A stretch of 64,000 bases of DNA from NCBI GenBank assembly GCA_012329065.1, contig JAAXPZ010000006.1, positions 12,877 through 76,876 on the forward strand, written 5' to 3'. This stretch comes from Sulfurovum sp. Its GTDB lineage: Bacteria > Campylobacterota > Campylobacteria > Campylobacterales > Sulfurovaceae. Below the pieces are notes generated by a model that saw only the letters and a list, made by a program, of their open reading frames with translations, was not told the origin of the DNA and made no database searches. A program made the position numbers and the translations under genes. Shown piece after piece: positions 50,077 to 59,928 of the stretch; position 1 is the stretch's first letter; every line of letters begins with the position of its first letter.

Positions 50077-51180
50077 TTATCTTGCTCTCTCTGTTCTAAT
50101 AATCTCTACTGATTTTTTCAGCTTCTCGATCGTGTAGTCCATCTCTTCTTGGCTAGTATATCTGCTCAAAGCAAACTCCACCAAAGTATGCTTGTAGATA
50201 CTGTCTGAAGCAGTGTTTTCTGTCAATGCTCTACCTTTTTCGCCTGAAACACTGATGCCATATCGATTTAATTCCCACACTAGGGCATCGCTGGAAACAT
50301 CTTTAAACCCGACTAGTAGAGTGTTTGGTGTCCTTAGCGCCCATGGAGTGATGATGAGGTGATCTTCTATCTCTCTGATGCTCTCTTCGAGTGCATCTCT
50401 AAGTTCTCTCGTGTCTTCCATCTCAAAAGCTTGCGAATCTACTGCAAGCTCCAATGCTTTGCCTAAACCAACAATTCCAACTAAATTATTGTTGGGTTGT
50501 ATCAGGTTTGGCAACTCTATACCCTCTTTGATATACAGCATTGCAACACCTGTGGGGCCATGTACTGTTTCAGAAGATAAAGTTAGATAGTCGATATCTA
50601 GCATTTGTACATCAATGGGCAACTTGCCTATGGCATGACTTGCGTCAGAATGTAGAGGCACTCCATGCTCACTGCATATCTGACTTGCTTCATCTATAGC
50701 CATAATGGCACCACTTTGGGCATCTACCATTGTGATAGAGACAAGTGCAGTTTTTGTTGTAATGGTTTGTTTTAGCATATCGGTATCTACAACCCCATCA
50801 CTATTGAGAGGCAGAATGGTAATCCTACAGCCTTGAGATGCAATATACTCTGCTGTTTCTATTACCGTATCACTCTCTGAAGCAGAGAGTATGATTTGAT
50901 TTTTCTGTCCTGTTATGACACTGTTGACATAGATGGATATTAGTAGTCTACAGTGAAGCTCATCGACACTTGATCCTATAGTCACCATATCATTATCTTT
51001 GGCATGTATGGAAGCCTTGATCTTTTCATAGGCTTGAGCAAGAGGGGTTCGGCTTTTTATGGCATCTGCATGTCTTGCTCTGGGATCTGCATAGTGCTCT
51101 ACAAGGCTTTGTTGCATAAGCTCCATTACTTGCACATCAATCTTAGAGGCACGGTTGTTATCGAGGTAAGCTTTCATCAA
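50077..51180 (-). CDS. NifS/IscS-like class V aminotransferase-fold protein lacking the PLP Lys and catalytic Cys
   Basis: YLDNN, HSDASHAIGKLPID and EEMDYTIE blocks align to IscS/NifS. SxHK..GPKG reads SSETVHGPTG, and SSGSAC reads VSGEKG. Confidence 0.8.
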   Translation of the reverse strand: MMKAYLDNNRASKIDVQVMELMQQSLVEHYADPRARHADAIKSRTPLAQAYEKIKASIHAKDNDMVTIGSSVDELHCRLLISIYVNSVITGQKNQIILSASESDTVIETAEYIASQGCRITILPLNSDGVVDTDMLKQTITTKTALVSITMVDAQSGAIMAIDEASQICSEHGVPLHSDASHAIGKLPIDVQMLDIDYLTLSSETVHGPTGVAMLYIKEGIELPNLIQPNNNLVGIVGLGKALELAVDSQAFEMEDTRELRDALEESIREIEDHLIITPWALRTPNTLLVGFKDVSSDALVWELNRYGISVSGEKGRALTENTASDSIYKHTLVEFALSRYTSQEEMDYTIEKLKKSVEIIRTERAR

Positions 51181-51244
51181 TATCCTTAATTAGGAGTAAT
51201 TTAGGGTGATATTACTTGATGCTAGCTTAATTGAGGATAAATTT

Positions 51245-51997
51245 TCATTTCATATAGGGCGATATGATAGATATGACAGCAGTCAGAAATAGAAAAAACA
51301 TAACGGTTTTTTTGAGCTTAGCTTTGTTAAAGCTATTGCCTATCTTTAGACCGATTAGGGCTCCAACTATTACTATGGGTGTTGCCACAATTCCCCATAC
51401 AAAGCTTTGCAATAATGTATCTCCAAATTTCCAGTATAGTAATGCTATCTGCACAGGCGAGGCAAGTAGAAATACGGCTGTGATAAAGGCTCGTGTACGC
51501 ATGACCGTCCAATCATGTGCCATCAGCCAAAGTACAATTGCAGGTCCTCCCATCCCCAGCACCCCCAGCATCACACCACTGGCACCAAAGGCCAATATAT
51601 CCCAGTATAGAGGAAGAGTTTTTCTTGGCTTAAAGGTTATAAAAAACTGAACAGCCAATATGATTAGTAGCATGATTCCTACAAACTGTTTGATGGTATC
51701 TATGTCAAGATTGTTGACTGTATATAGTAGCCATATGCCTATGGGGAGAGTGATGTAGCGAATAGCCATAGGTATCTTAATATCATCCCAGATGATTTCA
51801 TGGCGGAGTTTCCAAGCATTTGTCACGAGCTGTACAAAAATAGGTATCACCGTCAAAACAATTGATTCAGCCAGAGAAAAGCCCGTCCATATAAGTAGAG
51901 GAATGGCCAGCAGATTAAAAGCAAACCCAATCATTGCTTGCGTCATGCTGGAGAAAAAGAGAATGATAGTGGCTATGATGAGTTGTTCTGTTCCCAT
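51245..51997 (-). CDS. TauE/SafE-family anion (sulfite/organosulfonate-type) permease
   Basis: About 250 aa with 7-8 TM helices and the duplicated hydrophobic pattern with G..GMGGP typical of TauE. Confidence 0.75.
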   Translation of the reverse strand: MGTEQLIIATIILFFSSMTQAMIGFAFNLLAIPLLIWTGFSLAESIVLTVIPIFVQLVTNAWKLRHEIIWDDIKIPMAIRYITLPIGIWLLYTVNNLDIDTIKQFVGIMLLIILAVQFFITFKPRKTLPLYWDILAFGASGVMLGVLGMGGPAIVLWLMAHDWTVMRTRAFITAVFLLASPVQIALLYWKFGDTLLQSFVWGIVATPIVIVGALIGLKIGNSFNKAKLKKTVMFFLFLTAVISIISPYMK

Positions 51998-52083
51998 TTT
52001 CTACTCCACTTAGATATTTTTAGTTATAATATCTGCTATTTTATCATGTTTCTTCATTGTTGGAGAAATACTAAGGGTTTAAA

Positions 52084-53898
52084 TTGAGTGAAAATATTAT
52101 AGGCTATCTGAACAATGATGGCAACATCATCGATACACAGAGTGCAGGGGAGTCCTGTGGAGGTACTGCTATAGAGTTTGACAACAGTAGCAAAGCACTG
52201 GAGCTTATCAGACATTCTACGGCACATTTGATGGCACAGGCAATATCAGAGATTTATGCAGACGCAAAGTTCTTTGTGGGTCCAGTAGTAGACGAGGGCT
52301 TCTACTATGATCTTAGAACCGAAGATAAAATTGGTGAAGAGGATCTAAAAAAGATCGAAAAAAAGATGAAAGAAATCATCAAGAGAAAGTATAAAATTGA
52401 GAAGTATGAGATCAGCAAAGAGGAAGCACTAGAGAAATTTGCCAAGGACGACCTCAAACAAGCGGTACTTTCGCGTATCCCTGACGAGGTTGTCTCAATC
52501 TACAAGCAAGGGGAGTTTGAAGATTTGTGTAGAGGGCCTCATGTACCAAGCCTAAGATTTTTGCATAATTTCAAGCTGACCCGTGTAGCGGGAGCATATC
52601 TAGGCGGTGACGAAAAAGCAGAGATGTTGACTCGTATCTATGGGATAGCATTTGCAGACAAAGAATCAGTCAAAGCATATGTCACTATGATGGAGGAAGC
52701 AAAGAAAAGAGATCACAGAAAGATAGGCACCGAGATGGAGCTTTTTATGTTCAATGAAGAGTCTGGTGCTGGCTTACCATTTTGGATGCCAAGAGGAGCC
52801 AAGCTTCGCCATAAACTAGAGCAGATTCTACATAAAGCTCATCTAATCAGAGGATATGAACCAGTACGAGGCCCTGAGATCCTCAAGGCAGATATGTGGC
52901 GAACAAGCGGCCACTATGCCTGCTATGGTGAAAATATGTATCTTACCACTATTGATGAGCAGGAGTATGGGATTAAACCGATGAACTGTATCGGGCATAT
53001 CCAGATATTTAAGCAGACACAAAAGAGTTATAGGGATTTACCGTTACGATATTATGAGTACGGAGTGGTACATAGACATGAGAAGTCAGGTGTTCTACAT
53101 GGGCTTTTGAGAGTTCGTGAATTTACACAGGACGATGCACATATATTTTGTACACCTGAGCAAATAGCTTCAGAAGTGCTTGATGTGGTTGAGTTTGTAG
53201 ATTCTGTGATGAAGCTCTTTGGTTTTGAGTATACAATGGAGATAGCCACTAAGCCAGAGAAGGCGATTGGTGAAGATGCAGTATGGGATATGGCAACAGA
53301 GGGACTCAAAAATGCACTTGAGGGCAACAATCTACATTATACTATCGATGAGGGCGGTGGAGCTTTTTATGGCCCAAAAATCGATATCAAGATCACAGAT
53401 GCAATAGGGCGTAAGTGGCAGTGCGGAACGATACAGGTGGACTTCAACCTGCCAAAGCGATTTGATGCAGAGTATGTAGCAGAGGACAATACACGAAAAC
53501 AGCCAGTGATGATACATAGGGCTATACTAGGTTCGTTTGAGAGATTTATCGGTATATTGACTGAGCATTATGCTGGAGAGTTTCCGATGTTCTTGGCTCC
53601 AGTGCAGGTGATTTTTGTGCCGATTTCAGCTGTACATGTGGAGTATGCCAAAGAGCTGAAGAAACAGTTATTGCTAGAAGAGATAGATTCAGAAGTTTAT
53701 GATAAGAATGACTCCCTGAATAAAAGAATTAGAATTGCTGAAAAGCAGAGAGTGCCATATGTGGTCATTATAGGTGACGAAGAGGTCGACAAGAGAAGTG
53801 TCGCAATACGCGATAGACGCAAAAAAGAGCAGTATAATTTAAATGAAGATGAATTTATGATACAATTAAAGCAACAAATACAAGAAGGTAGAATTTGA
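52084..53898 (+). CDS. thrS: Threonyl-tRNA synthetase
   Basis: Class II motifs, Zn-site region (CRGPH, HRH), and the anticodon-binding C-terminus. TTG start with AAGGG 6 nt upstream. Confidence 0.95.
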   Translation: MSENIIGYLNNDGNIIDTQSAGESCGGTAIEFDNSSKALELIRHSTAHLMAQAISEIYADAKFFVGPVVDEGFYYDLRTEDKIGEEDLKKIEKKMKEIIKRKYKIEKYEISKEEALEKFAKDDLKQAVLSRIPDEVVSIYKQGEFEDLCRGPHVPSLRFLHNFKLTRVAGAYLGGDEKAEMLTRIYGIAFADKESVKAYVTMMEEAKKRDHRKIGTEMELFMFNEESGAGLPFWMPRGAKLRHKLEQILHKAHLIRGYEPVRGPEILKADMWRTSGHYACYGENMYLTTIDEQEYGIKPMNCIGHIQIFKQTQKSYRDLPLRYYEYGVVHRHEKSGVLHGLLRVREFTQDDAHIFCTPEQIASEVLDVVEFVDSVMKLFGFEYTMEIATKPEKAIGEDAVWDMATEGLKNALEGNNLHYTIDEGGGAFYGPKIDIKITDAIGRKWQCGTIQVDFNLPKRFDAEYVAEDNTRKQPVMIHRAILGSFERFIGILTEHYAGEFPMFLAPVQVIFVPISAVHVEYAKELKKQLLLEEIDSEVYDKNDSLNKRIRIAEKQRVPYVVIIGDEEVDKRSVAIRDRRKKEQYNLNEDEFMIQLKQQIQEGRI

Positions 53899-54443
53899 GT
53901 AGACACCATAACAACAATAGGGGTAGAAAAAAACCAGATGATACGGTTTTAAACGAGCGTATTAGAGATAGAGAGCTGAGAGTATTGGCAGACGATGGCG
54001 AGCAGTTTGGCATCATCAGTCGTGATGAAGCACTCAAAATTGCAGAAGATAGAGGGCTTGATTTGGTACTAATGTCTCCAGATGCAAAACCTCCTGTTGC
54101 CAAGATTATGGACTACGGCAAACATAAGTATCAGCTTGAGAAGAAGAAAAAAGAGGCAAAAAAGAATCAAAAGAAGATCGATGTCAAAGAGGTCAAATTT
54201 TCTTGTAAAATTGCTGATAATGATATCGCTTACAAGGTCAAACATGCCAGAGAATTTCTCGAAAAAGGCAAACATGTTAAGCTTAGAGTCTTTCTGAGAG
54301 GAAGAGAGATGGCTACTCCAGAGCTTGGCAAGGAGGTCTTAGAGCGTATCTGGCCAATGCTTGAGGATGTAGGTATTTTAGAAAAAGGTGCTCATCAAGA
54401 GGGCAGATATATAAACATGTATGTAACGCCTCTCAAAAAATAA
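53895..54443 (+). CDS. infC: Translation initiation factor IF-3
   Basis: [11 protein letters not shown]..., [11 protein letters not shown] and KEVKF blocks. The only in-frame start is TTG at 53895, overlapping the thrS TGA. Confidence 0.93.
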   Translation: MSRHHNNNRGRKKPDDTVLNERIRDRELRVLADDGEQFGIISRDEALKIAEDRGLDLVLMSPDAKPPVAKIMDYGKHKYQLEKKKKEAKKNQKKIDVKEVKFSCKIADNDIAYKVKHAREFLEKGKHVKLRVFLRGREMATPELGKEVLERIWPMLEDVGILEKGAHQEGRYINMYVTPLKK

Positions 54444-54452
54444 TTAATAAAG

Positions 54453-54899
54453 CTATTTCTGCGAAGCTTTGGTTGTAATGTCATCCAAGGCTTTTACTAT
54501 TTTTCCAATCATCATGCTTCCTTCTAGCTTAAAGTTTTTACTCCATTTTGTAAGGTCTCTATAGACTATCTGCGTTACATTGTTTTTGCTATAAACTAGG
54601 ACTTTTAATGGCAGATCAATAGCAGTCAGTGGGTCTTGCTGTATGAGTTTTGTGCCAATCTTTGGATTTCCGAATAATATGACTTTTGTATCAGCAAGCT
54701 TCAGTTTGACCTTATCTGCACCCTTTTTATGATCTATGATTGTAAAAACTCCTAAGCCACTTTTAGCTTTCGACTCAACGATTTTCTCTATCTTGGATAT
54801 GGTTTCATTGACACCCAGCTCACCAGTCTTGATTATCAAGTCTGATGCACTTAATGCCATTGGTACGACAACAATAAATCCCAATAAAATATTTTTCAT
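54453..54899 (-). CDS. DUF302 domain protein with signal peptide
   Basis: FGNPK.GT.L....L.A.DLPLK.LVY pattern as I recall it for DUF302. Confidence 0.75.
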   Translation of the reverse strand: MKNILLGFIVVVPMALSASDLIIKTGELGVNETISKIEKIVESKAKSGLGVFTIIDHKKGADKVKLKLADTKVILFGNPKIGTKLIQQDPLTAIDLPLKVLVYSKNNVTQIVYRDLTKWSKNFKLEGSMMIGKIVKALDDITTKASQK

Positions 54900-55008
54900 T
54901 TTTTATCCTTCTGTTTTTTTATGGTAACGCATTCTAGCACTACAATATTAATCATACAAAATTAATCTTATTTAGATATGCTAATTTATTAAAACAGGAG
55001 AGTAAATT

Positions 55009-55914
55009 ATGATATCAGATATTACGACAAAATTTAGAAAAAATATACAGAATTTGACAGAATTTGAAAAAGCTGTAATTGTAGACAAGGGGACAGAGAG
55101 AGCATTTACAGGAGAACTTTTAGATATCAAAGAGGATGGAGTGTTTGCCTGTAAGCTCTGCGGTATGGAGCTGTTTCAAGTCAAAGATAAATTTGATTCT
55201 GGTTCAGGATGGCCTAGTTTTGACAATGAGATAGATGGAGCAGTACGCAGAGTGTCTGATGTAGACGGTATGCGAGTAGAAATCGTTTGTGCAAGCTGTG
55301 GCGGTCACTTGGGGCATGTTTTTGAGGGTGAGGGTATGACAGCCAAAAGCACAAGGCATTGTGTCAACTCAGTTTCTTTGGTCTTTAAGGGCTCTGATGC
55401 TAGAAAGAAAGATAAAACAAGTACAAAAAGAGCTTATCTTGCAGGAGGTTGTTTCTGGGGTGTAGAGCATTATCTCCAGCTACTCAGTGGCGTTGAGAGT
55501 GTGATATCTGGTTTTATGGGTGGTCATGTGATGAATCCTGACTATTATGATGTAGTTAAGGGTAGCACAGGGCATCTTGAGACTGTTGAGGTGATATATA
55601 ATGCTAGCAAGATAAGTTATGAAGAGATAGTAAAACATTTTTTTGAGATACATGATCCTGAGCAAAGCAATGGCCAAGGCCCTGATATAGGTAGTCAGTA
55701 TCTATCCGCAGTATTTGTATCCAACGAAGAAGAAGCAAATATAGCAGCAGAACTTATTAAAAAATTGGAAGCCCATGGATACAAAATAGCAACACAGGTA
55801 CTAGCAAAAAAAGAGTTTTTTGCAGCAGACGATGGGCATCAGGACTATTATGAGAGAAAAGGATCATTGCCATACTGCCATGACTTTATTCCTAGGTTCG
55901 ATAGAAGAAAATAG
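55009..55914 (+). CDS. msrAB: Bifunctional peptide-methionine sulfoxide reductase MsrB-MsrA
   Basis: MsrB half: CxxC pairs, GWPSF, RHCVNS. MsrA half: GGCFWGVE. Confidence 0.93.
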   Translation: MISDITTKFRKNIQNLTEFEKAVIVDKGTERAFTGELLDIKEDGVFACKLCGMELFQVKDKFDSGSGWPSFDNEIDGAVRRVSDVDGMRVEIVCASCGGHLGHVFEGEGMTAKSTRHCVNSVSLVFKGSDARKKDKTSTKRAYLAGGCFWGVEHYLQLLSGVESVISGFMGGHVMNPDYYDVVKGSTGHLETVEVIYNASKISYEEIVKHFFEIHDPEQSNGQGPDIGSQYLSAVFVSNEEEANIAAELIKKLEAHGYKIATQVLAKKEFFAADDGHQDYYERKGSLPYCHDFIPRFDRRK

Positions 55915-55968
55915 TGACTAGAGATTTGTAGTGTCTAGCTGTTAAATAGTTTACGCTACCATGCTCAG

Positions 55969-56892
55969 ATGAACTATACAATATCTTCAGAATTTACACC
56001 TATCATCGATGCAGTAGAGATGCACTTAGTTGGCAAAAGAGAGACAATCGCACTATCTCTAGCTACTTTTTTTGCAAGAGGTCATTTGCTCTTGGAGGAT
56101 ATTCCTGGTGTGGGGAAAACAACACTTGCAAAATGTCTTTCTCAGGTGCTTGGTCTTGATTTTGGACGCATACAATTTACTTCCGATATGCTCCCTTCTG
56201 ATATATTGGGTATCAACTACTATAATCAAAAAGAAGGAAGTTTTATTTTTAGAAAAGGGCCTATTTTCAGTCCCTTTTTACTCGCAGATGAGATTAATCG
56301 TTCCATGCCTAAAACGCAGTCGGCCTTGCTTCAAGCCATGGAAGAAGGAATAGTTACTATAGATGCAGTGTCATACGAACTAAATAAACCTTTTTTCATC
56401 ATAGGTACTCAAAATCCCTATGAAGAGATAGGGACCTTCCCTTTACCAAACTCACAACTGGATAGATTTATGTGTTCTTTTGGTATTGGATATCCTGACA
56501 GAGTATCTGAACGAGATATTATCAGAGGCAAAACAGAAAATATCTCTACTCTTGACCAGCCTTTGCTTACACAGGCTCAGATAGAAGCATATATGAAAAA
56601 AGCTTCTCTGGCAACACTGAGTGACACACTTTTAGATTTTTTACAAAATATCATTGAGTTTACTCGCAATAGTGGACGCTTTGAATATGGACTCTCCACT
56701 AGAGGTGCTTTGGCACTTACCGCCATGGCTAAGTCATGGGCTATGTTACAAGGAAGAGATTATGTTATTCCTGATGATTTGCAGATGATTAGCTCTGTGG
56801 TTTGTTCACATAGGTTGGTTTTCAAAGAAGGTACTACAACCACAAAACGCATACATGATGAAATCTTTACGCACATTTTTCCAGACATATAG
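55969..56892 (+). CDS. MoxR-family AAA+ ATPase
   Basis: Walker A PGVGKTT, Walker B LLADEINR, and the QNP.E..GT.PLP..QLDRF block. Confidence 0.9.
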   Translation: MNYTISSEFTPIIDAVEMHLVGKRETIALSLATFFARGHLLLEDIPGVGKTTLAKCLSQVLGLDFGRIQFTSDMLPSDILGINYYNQKEGSFIFRKGPIFSPFLLADEINRSMPKTQSALLQAMEEGIVTIDAVSYELNKPFFIIGTQNPYEEIGTFPLPNSQLDRFMCSFGIGYPDRVSERDIIRGKTENISTLDQPLLTQAQIEAYMKKASLATLSDTLLDFLQNIIEFTRNSGRFEYGLSTRGALALTAMAKSWAMLQGRDYVIPDDLQMISSVVCSHRLVFKEGTTTTKRIHDEIFTHIFPDI

Positions 56893-57727
56893 AAAAATAA
56901 AACAGAAAGCTACAGCTTTTTCAGCTGTTGTTGTAGTATTTCTTTTTGGGCTTTTTGCTCAAGCGTATATGCATGATTTTAACCTTGTGTACATCACACT
57001 CTTTTTTGTTTTTTCTTTCGCTTTTTCGGCAGCTCCTATAGGTATACTTAATCTAGGGCGACTTAGTGCCACTTTTGTGCATTCAGGACGCTTTTTTGCA
57101 AAACAAGATGGAAATATTTCTTTAAAAATTACAAATAACTCTCCAGTAGCTTCATGGGCAATAACAGTTCATGGTATGAGTGTATCAAAACCATTAGCAA
57201 AGCTAAATGCAGGAAATTTTGCGATTGTGCATTTGAACTTTACTCCTAAAAATCGTGGCAGTTTTAGCTACAAGAGCTGTTATATGCAGAGTAAGTATCC
57301 TCTCTCGACCGTTCGACTTACTTTGCCTATAGATGAACACTATGAGGGTATAGCATACCCTGAGCCCAAAGGCAAACGCTTATCCTCATTTCTGAACGAA
57401 CAAGAAGCACAGCATGGAGAAGAAAAAGAGTTTGATGGTCTGCAAACTTATGATGGCACACAAAAAATTTCATACATTCACTGGGCATCTGTAGCAAAAG
57501 GAGAATTATCTGTAAAGCTTTTTAGCAAGGATCTATATGTCCCTAATTTGATTTTCGATTTTCACAAGGCAGCAACAAATGATGAGGCACGCTTGTCACA
57601 ACTTTGTTTATGGGCACTGGAGTGCGAAAAAAAGCACTTGCCTTTTAGTATAAAAATGCCTCGAGGATATTTAAGCTCAGCAAAGGAAAGCATAGATGAA
57701 ATTCTTAGCACTCTTGCAAAACACTAA
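56855..57727 (+). CDS. DUF58 domain protein
   Basis: N-terminal TM pair and an EFDGLQTY..G......IHW block. Overlaps the MoxR gene end. Confidence 0.75.
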   Translation: MMKSLRTFFQTYRKIKQKATAFSAVVVVFLFGLFAQAYMHDFNLVYITLFFVFSFAFSAAPIGILNLGRLSATFVHSGRFFAKQDGNISLKITNNSPVASWAITVHGMSVSKPLAKLNAGNFAIVHLNFTPKNRGSFSYKSCYMQSKYPLSTVRLTLPIDEHYEGIAYPEPKGKRLSSFLNEQEAQHGEEKEFDGLQTYDGTQKISYIHWASVAKGELSVKLFSKDLYVPNLIFDFHKAATNDEARLSQLCLWALECEKKHLPFSIKMPRGYLSSAKESIDEILSTLAKH

Positions 57728-59642
57728 TTGGAAATTAACTAGGATTTTTCCTCTGACTCTTTTGGATATGGCGTATATCACGGTACTTTTACCTATTTTT
57801 ATCATGCTCAAGGCACCCATGATGCTTTTTTCGTTGATAGTTTTAGTTATTCTTTTTTTCAAAAAAAGTCCAGCTAGTAAAAAACTCATATTTTTTATTT
57901 TTATGCTAGGCTCACTTGCTATTTATTTATCCTTGTATGGGGCATTTTCTTTTAGCGGATTATCACGCCTTAAGATTTTCTTGGAGCTACTGATTTATGT
58001 ACTTATAGTTGTTGTATCTATGCAAAGACTAACAAGAGAGATAAATCTTTATCTGATTGTTTCGCCATTTTTATTTTTAGCTCTTTCTTTGTTTTTTTAT
58101 CATGGTATGCTCATGCTTGTTTATGTTGTTTTTGAGGTTTTCTTTTTACTTTGGATGATTTTGGCTCACCGTATGGAAGGGAGCCTTGTAGAGAGTTTTC
58201 GTTCCTCTATGCTTATGTTCATGTATTCTCTTCCTTGGGTTGTTGTTCTGTTTATCTTTTTCCCTCGTATATCTTTTGAGCATGCGAATTATGGTTTTAA
58301 AGGTGAGGTGATCAAACGCATGGGGCATGATGGCACAATGTTTATTGATGGCAATGCCTTACTAGTGCCTTCTGAACGCATTGTGATGGAGGTAGGTTTT
58401 GAGGGAGAGATACCCGCAGAAGATACATTATATTTTCGAGGAAGCATTCTTTATGTTGATAAAAAAGATCACTGGAAGCCATTGCCCGCTTATCCAAAAA
58501 GAGAAACCAGAGTTAATAGACCACTACAAGGCAAAGTAAGCAACTATAAAGTCACACTATACCCTACCCAAAAAAGATGGCTATATCTACTAGATATGCC
58601 TAAAAAAGAAGTCAAAGGTAGCACTTTAGACAGAGATCTTATTACAAGAGTTGATAAAAATATAAAAGAACCCGTGCATTATTTAGCCAGCTCTCTGTTG
58701 AGCCATACTTTTTATGATGTGCTGGACGAAGCAACATATAGGGCATCCACACTTTATTATAAAGATCGGAATCCACAGGCATATATAGTGGCACAGGAGA
58801 TAAAAAATAAGTACCCATTAAAAGAGAAGCGAGCCTCGGCAGTAGTAGATTTTTTTAAAGCACAAGCACTTACTTATACGCTTCAACCAGATGCATTGGA
58901 TATCAATCGTAGTACTGATAGCTTCCTTTTTGATAAACGCCGTGGATATTGTGTGCACTACGCTTCTTCTTTTGTTACTATGGCTCGCATGACTGGCATA
59001 CCATCTAGGATTGTCACTGGGTATAAGTCAGACAAAAGTGAAAGTCTTGATAATTACTTGGTAGTCAAAGAGAAGGATGCACACGCTTGGGCTGAACTTT
59101 ATATAAACAGCCAATGGGTGCGTTTTGAGACTACGACCACAGCACGATATATAGACATGCAAAATCAATTAAACTCTATACAACAGGAAAACCCTACTTT
59201 GCAAAGCATAAATCTGTATCTAATGTATGTCAAGTATCAAGTTGAAACATGGATACTTTATTATTCTCATGCACGACAACTACAGCTTCTGGATTATGCT
59301 AAAAAGAATCCTATGTTTATAGTCGTTTTTGTATTGAGCCTCATAGTATTGCTTATTATTACTTTTGTCATCATTGCATACTTAAGGCGACCTATGTATA
59401 GCTCAGAGGCTCTGTATATTTTGCAACCACTCCTAAAAAGCTTGAAAAAAAGAGGATATACACGAAAAAAAGAAGAAAGCATTCATCAGTTTCTTCTGCA
59501 CTACATATCAGATAATCCACAGCATCTCGAAGTAAAAGAGATCGATATCCTGTATGAGAAAATCTTGTATGCAAGTAATACTTCTAAGCTAGAGCTAGTA
59601 TTGTTGAAAAAATTGATAAAAAAGAGCTTAGCGACGCACTAG
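57696..59642 (+). CDS. Transglutaminase-like domain membrane protein
   Basis: Multi-TM N-terminus. TGase core RRGYCVHYAS...DAHAWAELY (Cys-His). C-terminal TM. Confidence 0.85.
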   Translation: MKFLALLQNTNWKLTRIFPLTLLDMAYITVLLPIFIMLKAPMMLFSLIVLVILFFKKSPASKKLIFFIFMLGSLAIYLSLYGAFSFSGLSRLKIFLELLIYVLIVVVSMQRLTREINLYLIVSPFLFLALSLFFYHGMLMLVYVVFEVFFLLWMILAHRMEGSLVESFRSSMLMFMYSLPWVVVLFIFFPRISFEHANYGFKGEVIKRMGHDGTMFIDGNALLVPSERIVMEVGFEGEIPAEDTLYFRGSILYVDKKDHWKPLPAYPKRETRVNRPLQGKVSNYKVTLYPTQKRWLYLLDMPKKEVKGSTLDRDLITRVDKNIKEPVHYLASSLLSHTFYDVLDEATYRASTLYYKDRNPQAYIVAQEIKNKYPLKEKRASAVVDFFKAQALTYTLQPDALDINRSTDSFLFDKRRGYCVHYASSFVTMARMTGIPSRIVTGYKSDKSESLDNYLVVKEKDAHAWAELYINSQWVRFETTTTARYIDMQNQLNSIQQENPTLQSINLYLMYVKYQVETWILYYSHARQLQLLDYAKKNPMFIVVFVLSLIVLLIITFVIIAYLRRPMYSSEALYILQPLLKSLKKRGYTRKKEESIHQFLLHYISDNPQHLEVKEIDILYEKILYASNTSKLELVLLKKLIKKSLATH

Positions 59643-59893
59643 CTGATATTGCAGCCGCTATTCATGCTAAAACTGTTCTCATAGCCACAATCTGTACAGT
59701 AGAACGAGACTAGTTTTGGGCCACATCCTCCACCTCTCTGGTCGCTAAGTACGATAGATTCTTTTTTGCACTTAGGACAGATGCCCGACTGTATAGCTCT
59801 AAGTTGCTCATTTTTATCTTTGAAGTAGTATGTGGAGACTGCCACAGAACCTAGCAAAACAATGATTAAAAATAGTAAAAGATATATATCCAT
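59639..59893 (-). CDS. Small membrane-anchored zinc-ribbon protein
   Basis: Start taken at MDIYLLLFLIIVLL (ATG at 59893). One TM helix, then CPKC...CTDC. Confidence 0.4.
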   Translation of the reverse strand: MDIYLLLFLIIVLLGSVAVSTYYFKDKNEQLRAIQSGICPKCKKESIVLSDQRGGGCGPKLVSFYCTDCGYENSFSMNSGCNIS

Positions 59894-59928
59894 ATAGTCA
59901 GTATAGCAAAATATGTTAAAATACCCAC

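Noticed and set aside
51998-52083. A T-box or leader-type regulatory RNA upstream of thrS.
   Set aside because: The spacer is only 86 nt, with no specifier or T-box motif and no stable stem. Such leaders are not expected in this lineage.
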